Positions 15,929 through 25,593 of a DNA stretch of 64,000 bases are shown piece after piece. Position numbers and translations under genes: made by a program. This DNA is from Rhizobiaceae bacterium (lineage in GTDB: Bacteria > Pseudomonadota > Alphaproteobacteria > Rhizobiales > Rhizobiaceae). Each line of letters begins with the position of its first letter. The stretch's first letter is position 1. A model generated the notes under the pieces. The model searched no databases. It had not been told where the DNA came from and saw only the letters and a list, made by a program, of their open reading frames with translations. The stretch spans positions 777-64,776 of the forward strand of contig DAIPSP010000003.1 of the NCBI GenBank assembly GCA_036778475.1, in the 5' to 3' direction.

Positions 15929-18397
15929 CTATGAGGTCGGGACGTTCCACACGTCGCGGGCATATTCGCGGATCGTGCGGTCGGACGAGAAAAAGGCCAT
16001 GCGGGCGGTGTTGTGGACGGCCTTGGCGTTCCATTCGGCCGGTGCGCGCCAGATCCGGTCGACGCGCCGCTGCGCGGCTGCATAGGCGTCGAAATCGGCG
16101 GCGACCATGAACCAGTCGGAATTGTAGACGCCGTCCACCAGGCCGCGGTAGCGGTCGGGTTCGTCGGGCGAAAAGGTGCCCGACGAGATCGCCGACAGCG
16201 CCTGCGACAGTTCGGGCGATGCTTCGATGACGGCGCGCGGATTGTAGCCGCCGGCGCGGCGGTCGGCGACGTCCTGGGCGGTCAGGCCGAAGATGACGAT
16301 ATTTTCGTCGCCGATGCGCTGCTTCATCTCGACATTGGCCCCGTCGAGCGTGCCGATGGTCAGCGCCCCGTTCAGCGCAAACTTCATGTTGCCGGTGCCC
16401 GACGCCTCCAGCCCAGCGGTCGATATCTGCTCCGATAGGTCGGCCGCCGGCATCATGATCTCGGCCATCGAGACATTGTAGTTCGGCATGAACACGACCT
16501 TGAGCAGGTCGCGCACCGACGGGTCGCCATTGATCACCTTCGCCACATCGTTGATCAGCTTGATGATCAGCTTGGCGGTCGCATAGCTCGGCGCGGCCTT
16601 GCCGCCGAAAAATTTCACCCGCGGCGTCCAGTCGCCATGTGGATTGCTCCTGATCTGGTCGTAGAGCGCCACCGCTTCGATGATGTTGAGCAGCTGGCGC
16701 TTGTATTCGTGGATGCGCTTGATCTGGATGTCGAACAGTGCCGACGGGTCGAGCCGGATGCCGATACGCGCCCTGGCCAGCGCCGCCAGCCGCTCCTTGT
16801 TGGCGCGTTTGACCGCCGCGAACTTTTCGCGGAACGCGTCGTCGTCGGCAAATTTGTCGAGGTCGGCGATACGGTCGATGTCGTCGAGAAAGGCGTCGCC
16901 GATGGTCTGGCCGATCAGCCCGGTCAGGCCGGGATTGGCCTGCATCAGCCAGCGTCGCGGCGTGATGCCGTTGGTCTTGTTGTTGATGCGGTCGGGGTAG
17001 AGCAGGTGCAGGTCGTGAAACACCGTCTGCTTCATCAACTCGGTGTGAAGCTCCGATACGCCGTTGACCTTGTGCGAGCCGGCAAACGCCAGATTGCCCA
17101 TGCGCACGCGGCGCTCGCCGTCTTCGCCGATCAGCGAGATCGCCCGAACATTGCCGTCGTTCAGGTCCGGGCGCGACCGCGCCTCGCTGAGAATCTTGGC
17201 GTTGATCGCATAGACGATCTGCATATGGCGCGGCAGGATGCGCTCGAACACCGTCACCGGCCAGCTTTCCAGCGCCTCGGGCAGCAGCGTGTGATTGGTG
17301 TAGCCGAAGGTGCGCCTGGCGATGTCCCAGGCGACGTCGAAGCCAAAACCGTGCACGTCCATCAACAGCCGCATCAGTTCCGGCACGGCGATCGCCGGAT
17401 GGGTGTCGTTGAGATGGATCGCCGCCTTGTCGGGCAGGTTCGTCAGGTCGGGATACTGCGTCAGGTGGCGGTCGAGAATGTCCCGCAGCGAGGCGGCGGT
17501 GAAGAAATATTCCTGCCGCAGCCGCAGTTCCTTGCCCTCGATATGCGAGTCCGCCGGATAGAGCACGCGCACCAGCGCATCGGCCATGTTGGCGTCGCGC
17601 AAGGCGCCGATATGGTCGCCGGCGTTGAACGCCGCCAACTCGATCGGGTCGACAGGCAGGGCCGACCACAGTCTGAGCGTATTGACCCTCTTGCCGCGCC
17701 AGCCGACAATCGGCGTGTCGTAGGCGACAGCGATGACGCTGTCGCTAGGCGTCCACACCTGACGCTGCACCTGGCCGCCCTCGTCCGTTTCCGACGTCAC
17801 CGCGCCGCCGAAACCGATCTCGATCGAGCGTTCGCGGCGTTCGAACTCCCACGGATTGCCGTGGTCGAGCCAGGTTTCCGGCAACTCCATCTGCCGGCCG
17901 TCGGAAATCTCCTGGCGGAACATGCCGTTGATGTAGCGGATGCCGTAGCCGTGCGCCGGCAGGTCTACGCTGGCCATCGATTCCATGAAACACGCCGCCA
18001 GCCGGCCAAGACCGCCATTGCCCAGCGCCGCGTCCGGCTCCAGCTCCTCGATCGCGTCGAGGTCGACGCCGAGCGTCGCCAGCGCCTTTTGCATGTCCTC
18101 CATCATGCCGATATTGGAGAAGGCATCGCGCATCAGCCGGCCGATCAGGAACTCCATCGACAGATAGTAGACGCGTTTCGACCTGGCCTCGTAGGCCGAC
18201 TTGGTCGAAGCGATCCAACTGTCGATCATGCGATCGCGCACCACCTGGATGGCGGCCGTCAGCCAGTCGTTGCGGGTCGCCACCGTCGGGTCCTTGCCGT
18301 CGCGATAGCGCAGCGCCTGGACGATCTCCTCGGCAAGCCGGTTGTCGTCGGCGCGGCGGCGGCCAAGGTTCGTCTTCTGGTCTTGCTTGGGAGCCAT
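15929..18397 (-). CDS. glgP: glycogen/maltodextrin phosphorylase
   Basis: ORF 15929..18454, likely start MAPKQDQKTNLG at 18397. Motifs present: VYYLSMEFLIGR, GNGGLGRLAACF, and the EASGTGNMKFALNGALTIGTLDGANVE pyridoxal-phosphate site. Confidence 0.95.
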   Translation of the reverse strand: MAPKQDQKTNLGRRRADDNRLAEEIVQALRYRDGKDPTVATRNDWLTAAIQVVRDRMIDSWIASTKSAYEARSKRVYYLSMEFLIGRLMRDAFSNIGMMEDMQKALATLGVDLDAIEELEPDAALGNGGLGRLAACFMESMASVDLPAHGYGIRYINGMFRQEISDGRQMELPETWLDHGNPWEFERRERSIEIGFGGAVTSETDEGGQVQRQVWTPSDSVIAVAYDTPIVGWRGKRVNTLRLWSALPVDPIELAAFNAGDHIGALRDANMADALVRVLYPADSHIEGKELRLRQEYFFTAASLRDILDRHLTQYPDLTNLPDKAAIHLNDTHPAIAVPELMRLLMDVHGFGFDVAWDIARRTFGYTNHTLLPEALESWPVTVFERILPRHMQIVYAINAKILSEARSRPDLNDGNVRAISLIGEDGERRVRMGNLAFAGSHKVNGVSELHTELMKQTVFHDLHLLYPDRINNKTNGITPRRWLMQANPGLTGLIGQTIGDAFLDDIDRIADLDKFADDDAFREKFAAVKRANKERLAALARARIGIRLDPSALFDIQIKRIHEYKRQLLNIIEAVALYDQIRSNPHGDWTPRVKFFGGKAAPSYATAKLIIKLINDVAKVINGDPSVRDLLKVVFMPNYNVSMAEIMMPAADLSEQISTAGLEASGTGNMKFALNGALTIGTLDGANVEMKQRIGDENIVIFGLTAQDVADRRAGGYNPRAVIEASPELSQALSAISSGTFSPDEPDRYRGLVDGVYNSDWFMVAADFDAYAAAQRRVDRIWRAPAEWNAKAVHNTARMAFFSSDRTIREYARDVWNVPTS

Positions 18398-18558
18398 GCG
18401 GATTTTCTTCGTGATTTCAGAGTGTAGTCTCGCGCAACCGCCTATGCCAAGCATGGCGGCGGACGAATCTCACATCCACGAAACTCCTTCCCGTCGCTGG
18501 TTTCAATCGGTTTGAACAGAGCGCGTTGTCGCAGTCTCGGCGCGTCGGCGCGGAGCGC

Positions 18559-19347
18559 TCAGGCCGCCAGCGAATCCTCCGGCGGCTTCTTGGCGCCGGT
18601 CATCAGCGCCACCGCATCCGACATCGACACCGTCTTGGGATCGACAACGCATAACCGCTTTCCAAGACGATGGATATGGATTCGGTCGGCGACCTCGAAG
18701 ACGTGCGGCATGTTGTGCGAGATCAGCACGATCGGCAGGCCGCGCCGCCTGACGTCCTGGATCAGTTCCAGCACGCGGCGCGATTCCTTGACGCCCAGCG
18801 CCGCCGTCGGTTCGTCCATGATCACCACCTTGGAGCCGAATGCGGCGGCGCGCGCCACCGCCACGCCCTGGCGCTGGCCGCCCGACAGGGTTTCGACCGC
18901 CTGGCCGATATTCTGGATGGTCATCAGGCCGAGTTCCGTCAGCTTTTCGCGGGCGCGCTTTTCCATCGCTGGCCGGTCGAGCATGCGCAGCCATTTGCCC
19001 ATGACGCCCGGCCGGCGCAGTTCGCGGCCGAGAAACATGTTGTCGGCGATCGACAGCGCCGGCGACAGCGCCAGGTTCTGGTAGACGGTCTCGATGCCGG
19101 CGTCGCGCGCCTCCATCGGCGAGGCGAACGAAACGACCTGCCCTTCGAGGCGGATTTCACCGCTGTCGGGCCTGAGCGCGCCGGAAATCGCCTTGATCAG
19201 CGAGGATTTGCCGGCGCCGTTGTCGCCGATCACAGCGAGCACCTCGCCGGGATAGAGATCGAAATCGGCCTGGTCGAGGGCGGTGACGCGGCCGTAGCGC
19301 TTGACGAGGCCGCGCGCCGACAAGAGGGGTTGAGCATTGGTCGACAT
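18559..19347 (-). CDS. frcA: sugar ABC transporter ATP-binding protein, single NBD (FrcA-like)
   Basis: MSTNAQPLLSARGLVKRYGRVTALDQADFDLYPGEVLAVIGDNGAGKSSL (Walker A), LSGGQRQ signature, VVIMDEPTAAL Walker B. The start shares one base (19347) with the permease stop (TGATG). The frc name rests on the one-NBD architecture plus the neighbouring genes. Confidence 0.85.
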   Translation of the reverse strand: MSTNAQPLLSARGLVKRYGRVTALDQADFDLYPGEVLAVIGDNGAGKSSLIKAISGALRPDSGEIRLEGQVVSFASPMEARDAGIETVYQNLALSPALSIADNMFLGRELRRPGVMGKWLRMLDRPAMEKRAREKLTELGLMTIQNIGQAVETLSGGQRQGVAVARAAAFGSKVVIMDEPTAALGVKESRRVLELIQDVRRRGLPIVLISHNMPHVFEVADRIHIHRLGKRLCVVDPKTVSMSDAVALMTGAKKPPEDSLAA

Positions 19348-20408
19348 CAGCCTGCAACCTTTCTGATCCACTGGTCGATAGCGACGGCGGCGATGATCAG
19401 CACGCCGATGAGAAGATAGGTCCATTGCGGGTCGGTGCCCCACAGGCGCAGGCCGAGCGAAAAGACGCCGACGATCAGCGCGCCGAACAGCATGCCCAGG
19501 ATCGAGCCGCGGCCGCCGAACAGCGAGATGCCGCCGATCACCACCGCGGTAATGGATTCGATATTGGCGAACTGTCCCGCCGTCGGCGACACCGATCCCA
19601 GACGCCCGATCAGCACCCAGCCGGCGAAGGCGCAGATCAGGCCCGACAGCACGTAGACCGTCGTCAGCATCCGCCTGACGCGGACGCCCGCCAGTTCGGC
19701 GGCGTCGGGATCGTCGCCGATGGCGTAGAGATGACGGCCCCAGGCCGTGTGGTTGAGCACATACCACAGCACCGCCACCAGCAGCACCATGCCGATGACG
19801 CCATAGGTGAACACCGCGCCGCCGACCTGGATGCTGTTGCCGAAGACCTGGAGGATCGGCGCGTTGGCCTCGATGTCCTGGCTTCTGATCGTCTCATTGG
19901 CAGAATAGAGGAAATTGGCGGCGAGAATGATCTGCCAGGTGCCGAGCGTGACGATGAAGGGCGGCAGCCGCCAATAGGCGACCAGCAGGCCGTTGACCCA
20001 GCCGCATAAGGCGCCGACGCCGAAACCGCAGACGATCGCCAGCGGCGCGGGCAAGCCATAGCGGAAGGTGAACTGGCCCATCACCACCGACGACAGAACC
20101 ATGATCGCGCCGACCGACAGATCGATGCCGGCGGTCAGCACCACCAGCGTCTGCGCCGCGCCGACAATGCCGACGATCGCCACCTGCTGCAGGATCAGCG
20201 TCATGGTGAAGGCGGAGAAGAAGCGCGGTCCGACCAGCAGCCCGAACGCCAGCAGCGACAGGATCAGCACGATCAGCGGGATCGCCGCCGGACTACCGTG
20301 CAGAAAGTGCTGAAAACGCTGCAATGCGGTCTTGTCGTGGCCCTCGAAGGCGGCGACCGCCGTCGACGACCCGGACAGAACCTTCTCGAATTCCTGCGGC
20401 TGGCTCAT
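19347..20408 (-). CDS. frcC: sugar ABC transporter permease (FrcC-like)
   Basis: ORF 19347..20486. GGGAGG precedes the ATG at 20408 (MSQPQEFEKVL...). Multi-TM protein of the ribose/fructose-type permease family. Confidence 0.85.
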   Translation of the reverse strand: MSQPQEFEKVLSGSSTAVAAFEGHDKTALQRFQHFLHGSPAAIPLIVLILSLLAFGLLVGPRFFSAFTMTLILQQVAIVGIVGAAQTLVVLTAGIDLSVGAIMVLSSVVMGQFTFRYGLPAPLAIVCGFGVGALCGWVNGLLVAYWRLPPFIVTLGTWQIILAANFLYSANETIRSQDIEANAPILQVFGNSIQVGGAVFTYGVIGMVLLVAVLWYVLNHTAWGRHLYAIGDDPDAAELAGVRVRRMLTTVYVLSGLICAFAGWVLIGRLGSVSPTAGQFANIESITAVVIGGISLFGGRGSILGMLFGALIVGVFSLGLRLWGTDPQWTYLLIGVLIIAAVAIDQWIRKVAG

Positions 20409-20635
20409 GCTACCTCCCTGCCGCCCGGTCAGGCGCGGCCAAATCGACGCCGGGCGCGCGGCGGATGCGCCGGCGCGTTCGGACATACGACAACATCATG
20501 TTACATCGAAACGGCCGGGAACAGGTCCATCGCCGATCCGGCGAGGGCGCCGCGCGTCGGCGGCGGCCTCGTTGTCCGGAGGTCCCGCCGCGTGATGCTC
20601 GGGCGGCGAGGTCTTGCTGCGTCGGCCGGGCTCCG

Positions 20636-20682
20636 GGCGCTTCTGCCCTTCGGCTACGGCCTTGGACGTTCGGCGAAGCGCC
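20636..20682 (-). other. stable stem-loop directly after the frcB stop inside the frcB-frcC spacer (11-bp stem with one bulge)
   Basis: GGCGCTTCGCC...GGC-A-GAAGCGCC on the transcribed strand. No U-tract follows, so it is not a classic intrinsic terminator. It sits in an unusually long 277-nt intra-operon gap. Confidence 0.3.
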
Positions 20683-20685
20683 GCC

Positions 20686-21717
20686 TCAGCCCCAGCACTT
20701 GTCGGTGCCGGCCTTGACGTCGATCGAGTCGACGCCGGCGGCAGGCTTGGCGGTGACCAGCGAGACGCCGGTGTCGAAGAAGCTCTTGCCTTCGGTCGGC
20801 TTGGGCTTGGTTCCGTCCTTGGCGAAGGCGGCGATCGCCTCCACGCCCAGCGCCGCCATCAGTAGCGGATATTGCTGCGACGTGGCGCCGATGACGCCGG
20901 CCTCGACGTTCTTGACGCCCGGGCAGCCGCCGTCGACCGAGACGATCAGCGCGTTCTTTTCCATGCCGACCGACTTTAGCGCCTCATAGGCGCCGGCCGC
21001 CGCCGGTTCGTTGATGGTGTAGACGACATTGACGCCGGGATCCTTCTGCAGAAGGTTTTCCATCGCCTTGCGGCCGCCTTCCTCATTGCCGTTGGTGATG
21101 TCATGACCGACGATGCGGGCGTCGTCCTCGTCGCCGATCTTGTTGGCGTCCTTCAGGTCGATGCCAAATCCCTTCATGAAACCCTGGTCGCGCAGCACGT
21201 CGACGGTCGGCTGCGACGGCGCCAGGTCGAGGAAGGCGATCCTGGCGTCCTTGGCCTTGTCGCCCAGCGTCGCGGCGGCCCATTTGCCGATCAGCTCGCC
21301 GGCAAGGAAATTGTCGGTGGCGAAGGTCGCGTCGGCGGCGTCGGCCGGATCGAGCGGGGTGTCGAGCGCGATCACCAGCAGGCCGGCGTCACGCGCCTTC
21401 TTCACCGACGGGACGATGCCGGCGGAATCGGACGGGGTGATCAGGATGCCCTTGGCGCCATCGGCGATGCAGGTCTCGATGGCGGCGACCTGGCTTTCGG
21501 AATCGCCGTCGATCTTGCCGGCATAGGTCTTGAGATTGACGCCCAGCTCGCCGGCCTTGGCGGTGGCGCCCTCCTTCATCTTGACGAAGAAGGGGTTGGT
21601 GTCGGTCTTGGTGATCAGGCAGGCGCCGACGCCATCGGCCGAAGCGGGCGCGGCATAGGCGGCGATGCCGGCGACAATCGCCGCGGCGGACGTCTTGAGA
21701 AGAAACTTTGCGGACAT
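20686..21717 (-). CDS. frcB: periplasmic sugar-binding protein of ABC transporter (FrcB-like)
   Basis: [27 protein letters not shown] signal peptide followed by a type-I periplasmic binding fold ([17 protein letters not shown]...). GGAGGAG precedes the ATG. Confidence 0.85.
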   Translation of the reverse strand: MSAKFLLKTSAAAIVAGIAAYAAPASADGVGACLITKTDTNPFFVKMKEGATAKAGELGVNLKTYAGKIDGDSESQVAAIETCIADGAKGILITPSDSAGIVPSVKKARDAGLLVIALDTPLDPADAADATFATDNFLAGELIGKWAAATLGDKAKDARIAFLDLAPSQPTVDVLRDQGFMKGFGIDLKDANKIGDEDDARIVGHDITNGNEEGGRKAMENLLQKDPGVNVVYTINEPAAAGAYEALKSVGMEKNALIVSVDGGCPGVKNVEAGVIGATSQQYPLLMAALGVEAIAAFAKDGTKPKPTEGKSFFDTGVSLVTAKPAAGVDSIDVKAGTDKCWG

Positions 21718-21820
21718 ATCTGCTCCTCCGGTGTGGCGTCGGCGGCTCGATGCGCCGATCGGAAACTTGGTTCGCCCGACCTTCCCGGGCAGGATCGAAA
21801 AAACACGACCCGGCCGGACT

Positions 21821-21856
21821 TGTCAATAGATAATTCATAGTGATTTATTATTGACA
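21821..21856. promoter_or_regulatory. divergent frcB / ROK-regulator control region: inverted repeat TGTCAATA-N20-TATTGACA, which places a TTGACA hexamer on each strand
   Basis: Read directly in the only AT-rich patch of the 198-bp divergent intergenic region (cttgtcaatagataattcatagtgatttattattgacagg). Confidence 0.35.
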
Positions 21857-21915
21857 GGAGTTGCGCCCGGCCCCATTGTCGCGGAAAGCATGCAGGGGGA
21901 CCGGGAGGATCGGAA

Positions 21916-23136
21916 TTGGATTCGCTTCCAACGAGTTCGGAGGCGCGCGACCCGCAGTGGCGCGGCGCCAACCAGAGCGGGATGCGCAACCTCAATGAGA
22001 GGCTGGTGCTGTCGCTGGTGCGCGAGCACGGGGCGCTGGCCAGGACCGACATCGCGCGCATGACCGGGCTGTCGGCGCAGACCGTCTCGGTGATCATGCG
22101 CGAGTTGGAGGCCGAGCAACTGCTGCTGCGCAACGCGCCGCTGCGCGGCAAGGTTGGCCAGCCGCTGGTGCCGATGTCGCTCAATCCCGACGGCGCGTTT
22201 TTCCTCGGCCTCAAGATCGGCCGTCGCAGCGCCGACCTGGTGCTGATCGATTTTCTCGGCCGCGTCCGCACGATGGTCAGCGTCACCTACACCTACCCGA
22301 CGCCCGACGGCACCCTCGCCTTCGTGCGCAACGGCATCGCCCGCCTCGAACAGGATCTGACCGCCGCCCAGCGCAAGCGGATCGCCGGCCTTGGCATCGC
22401 CATGCCGTTCGAGATATGGAACTGGGCCGACGCGGTCGGCGCGCCGCGCGAGGTGATGGACCAGTGGCGCAGCGCCGACATTCGCGGCGCCATCGCCGCC
22501 GAACTGCCCTACCCGGTCTATCTTGAGAATGACGCCACCGCCGCCTGCGGCGCCGAACTCGCCTTCGGCCAGACCCGCATCCGCAACTTCGTCTATCTCT
22601 ATGTCGGGGCCTTCATCGGCGGCGGCATCGTGCTGGACGGCTCGCTCTACGCCGGGCCTTCCGGCAATGCCGGCGCGCTCGGCTCGATGCCGGTGCCGGG
22701 CCCCAACGGCCGCATCGTGCAATTGATCGACGTGGCGTCGATCGCGGTGCTGGAGCGCAAGCTGCTGGCGGCCAACCGCGACGCCGGCATGTTGTGGACG
22801 TCGCCCGACGACTGGGGCGACCTGTCGCCCTTCCTCGAGCGATGGATCGACGACGCCGCGGCGGCGATCGCCCACGCGCTGGTCTCCTCCTCGGCCGTCA
22901 TCGACTTCGAGGCCGCCGTCATCGACGGCTGGCTGCCGACGCCGGTGCGCGCGGCGCTGGTCAGCGGAACAAGGGCGCGGCTCGAACGCTACGATGTCGA
23001 GGGGCTGACGCTGCCTGTCGTGCGCGAGGGCACGGTTGGCATCCACGCGCGCTCGCTCGGCGGCGCCAGCCTGCCGCTGTCGGAACGTTTCCTGTTGCGC
23101 CAGCCGGCCGCCGCGCGGATCGGGTCGCCGTCATGA
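21916..23136 (+). CDS. ROK family transcriptional regulator
   Basis: TTG start preceded by GGGAGGA. N-terminal wHTH (NERLVLSLVREHGALARTDIARMTGLSAQTVSVIMRELE) followed by a ROK sugar-kinase-like fold (LGLKIGRRSADLVLIDFLG..., ENDATAACGAE, GGGIVLDG). Confidence 0.85.
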   Translation: MDSLPTSSEARDPQWRGANQSGMRNLNERLVLSLVREHGALARTDIARMTGLSAQTVSVIMRELEAEQLLLRNAPLRGKVGQPLVPMSLNPDGAFFLGLKIGRRSADLVLIDFLGRVRTMVSVTYTYPTPDGTLAFVRNGIARLEQDLTAAQRKRIAGLGIAMPFEIWNWADAVGAPREVMDQWRSADIRGAIAAELPYPVYLENDATAACGAELAFGQTRIRNFVYLYVGAFIGGGIVLDGSLYAGPSGNAGALGSMPVPGPNGRIVQLIDVASIAVLERKLLAANRDAGMLWTSPDDWGDLSPFLERWIDDAAAAIAHALVSSSAVIDFEAAVIDGWLPTPVRAALVSGTRARLERYDVEGLTLPVVREGTVGIHARSLGGASLPLSERFLLRQPAAARIGSPS

Positions 23137-24053
23137 TCGTCTGCTGCGGCGAGGCGCTGATCGACATGCTGCCGCGTCAGTCGACGCTCGGCGAGGCCGC
23201 ATTCTCGCCCTTTCCCGGCGGCGCGGTGTTCAACACCGCGATCGCGCTTGGCCGGCTCGGCGCGCCGGTCGAGTTTCTCACCGGCCTGTCGAGCGACTTT
23301 TTCGGCGACATGCTGCGCCAGGCGCTGACGGCGAGCGGCGTGCTGACCTCCTATGCGCGGGTCTCCAACCGCCCGACCACGCTCGCTTTCGTGCGCCTGA
23401 CCGACGGCCAGGCGAGCTATCTGTTCTACGACGAGGGCACGGCCGGGCGGATGCTGGTCGCGGCCGACATGCCGCCGCTTGGCCCGGAGATCACGGCGAT
23501 GCTGTTCGGCGCCATCAGCCTGATCCCGGAACCCTGCGGCGGGGCCTACGAGGCGCTGCTCGCCCGCGAACACACAAGCCGGGTGATCATGCTCGACCCG
23601 AACATCCGGCCGGGTTTCATCCCCGACGCCGACAGCCACCGCGCGCGCATCCGGCGCATGGCGGCGATGAGCGACATCGTCAAATTCTCCGACGAGGATT
23701 TGTCCTGGTTCGACGCCGCCGGTTCGCTCGAAGCCCGCGCCCGGTCATGGCTCGACCACGGTGCCAGGCTTGTTCTGGTCACGCGTGGCCGCAAGGGGGC
23801 GCTTGCCGTGACGCGCGATCACACAATCGAGGTCGCCGCCCCGCGCGTAAGCATCGTCGACACCGTCGGCGCCGGCGACACGTTCAACGCTGGCGTGCTG
23901 GCGTCGCTGAGCCAACAGGGGCTTTTGTCCAAGGCTGGCATCGGCGCGATCGGCGCACCGGCGATCCGCGCGGCGCTCGAGCTTGGCGTGCGCGCCGCCG
24001 CGGTCACCGTGTCGCGCGCCGGCGCCAACCCGCCTTGGGCGCGGGAATTGTAG
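23133..24053 (+). CDS. PfkB-family carbohydrate kinase (fructokinase-like)
   Basis: MIVCCGEALIDMLP...PGGAVFNTAIALGRLG and C-terminal DTVGAGDTFNAG (PfkB signature 2). The start overlaps the ROK stop (ATGA). Confidence 0.8.
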   Translation: MIVCCGEALIDMLPRQSTLGEAAFSPFPGGAVFNTAIALGRLGAPVEFLTGLSSDFFGDMLRQALTASGVLTSYARVSNRPTTLAFVRLTDGQASYLFYDEGTAGRMLVAADMPPLGPEITAMLFGAISLIPEPCGGAYEALLAREHTSRVIMLDPNIRPGFIPDADSHRARIRRMAAMSDIVKFSDEDLSWFDAAGSLEARARSWLDHGARLVLVTRGRKGALAVTRDHTIEVAAPRVSIVDTVGAGDTFNAGVLASLSQQGLLSKAGIGAIGAPAIRAALELGVRAAAVTVSRAGANPPWAREL

Positions 24054-24465
24054 GACGCCGGGCGGCAATTCGCGCTTGCTCGATCAGCCGCAAGCGGTCG
24101 CCGACCGCCTGCCTTCAACCTTTTTGCGAGAACGCGTCGCCCCGGATCGAACTTCAGTGAGATCGGGAAAAAGTGGCGACGGGTGTGGGGTATTGGATAG
24201 GCCGCCGCACCCGCCCTACGTCATTCCAGGGCCGCGGAGCGGACCCGGAATCCAGCGCCGTGACGGTCGGGATCATCGCGCCCGCACCCGCCAACGCCGT
24301 CGAGCCAGTCCTGCACCGACCCCCCTCTGTCCGGCCGGCGTTCGTCACTCGAAAAGCCCATTTTGGGGTTTTTCGTTTGCTGCGCAAACCGCTCCTCACC
24401 CCCCACTCAAGGGAGGAGATCGGCTGTCATTGCCGGCTTTCCACGACGGACGCACGAGAGCGCCT

Positions 24466-25209
24466 TCAACCACGAACAAAATGCCCGCTTGGACCCAAGT
24501 GGATCCCACACTCGACCTTGTCGACGCCCTGCCAGCGGCCGCTTCGTTCGTCCTCGCCGGGTTTCACGGGCTTCGTGCAGGGGCCGCAGCCGATCGACCT
24601 GTAGCCGCGAGCGACAAGCGGGTGCTGAGGCAGGCCATTTGTGCTGATGTAGTTCCTAAGGCTTTCCGGGGTTTCACGGATCAGCGGGTTTATCTTGAGA
24701 TGCTTTCCATCGCGCTCAAGGTAAGGAATGCCCGCGCGGATGCCACCTTGATATCGCTTCCGACCGGTCAACCATCCGTCGAATTCCACCAACGCGTCCT
24801 GCAGTGCAAATGTCTTGCGTATGGTGCAGCACATGTTGGGATCGCGCGACCACAAATTCCCCTTCGGATCCTCGGCAAGCACCATCGCCGCATCGGGCTG
24901 GATCGCCCGAAAATTTCGGATGTCGAGGAATTCACAGACTTGGTCGACGTAGCGCAACGTTTCGGGAAAATGCTTGCCGGTATCGAGGAACAAGACATCA
25001 ATGTTCGGCGACAGCTGAAGCACCTTGTGGAGCAACACGATTGAATCCGCTCCAAAGGACGAAACGAGTGCGACGCGTCCCACTTGGTTGTCCGCCAGCA
25101 AAGAGCCGAGATCAAGATTGTCGTTGGTTATGTAGTCGTCGGCCAGCCGATCAATCAGCTGATCTTCACCGCCCGGTGGCCAAGACTGCCCGCCTCTGTC
25201 AATGTGCAT
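24466..25209 (-). CDS. cysH: assimilatory adenylylsulfate (APS)/PAPS reductase, Fe-S cluster-type CysH
   Basis: ORF 24466..25224 (GTG); the ATG at 25209 is preferred. PP-loop SSFGADSIVLLH, cysteine pairs NMCCTIRK and IGCGPCT (the CC...CxxC pattern of Fe-S APS reductases) and C-terminal catalytic ECGIH. Visibly lower GC than the backbone. Confidence 0.85.
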   Translation of the reverse strand: MHIDRGGQSWPPGGEDQLIDRLADDYITNDNLDLGSLLADNQVGRVALVSSFGADSIVLLHKVLQLSPNIDVLFLDTGKHFPETLRYVDQVCEFLDIRNFRAIQPDAAMVLAEDPKGNLWSRDPNMCCTIRKTFALQDALVEFDGWLTGRKRYQGGIRAGIPYLERDGKHLKINPLIRETPESLRNYISTNGLPQHPLVARGYRSIGCGPCTKPVKPGEDERSGRWQGVDKVECGIHLGPSGHFVRG

Positions 25210-25593
25210 TTGACTCTCTACCACCCCGAAACAATCCAGCTTCTCGACACTGAATGGATGTTTCTATCCACCAGATGCCGATGAGCGAAATTGGCTATTT
25301 TCAAAAAATCGCGTTCTCACAGCAAATCTTATGTGACACTGCGGGAAATATCTTACCCCCGCGATGCATACGCATCACATCACCTGTCCAATTCTTGAGA
25401 GAGGCGGAAAGTGGCGACAAAAAGGCGCATGATGTCAGACGTCAACTGTGAGCCGCGTTTGTCTGGATACTCCCAAGCCGGGAAGTGACCATCATCATCC
25501 GGATCAGACCGCTCAGTTGCCGCGCGCCCAAAGAGCAGATTGCCGATCTGATATGCCACCGACCTTGAACCTGATAGATCAATTGCCGCGTCT

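Noticed and set aside
25225-25593. Small ORFs (25254..25451 +, 25380..25760 -, 25448..25666 +) in the AT-richer cysQ-cysH gap
   Set aside because: They have no RBS, no motifs and overlapping frames. The gap is more likely the cysH promoter/leader. I could not identify a defined regulatory element.
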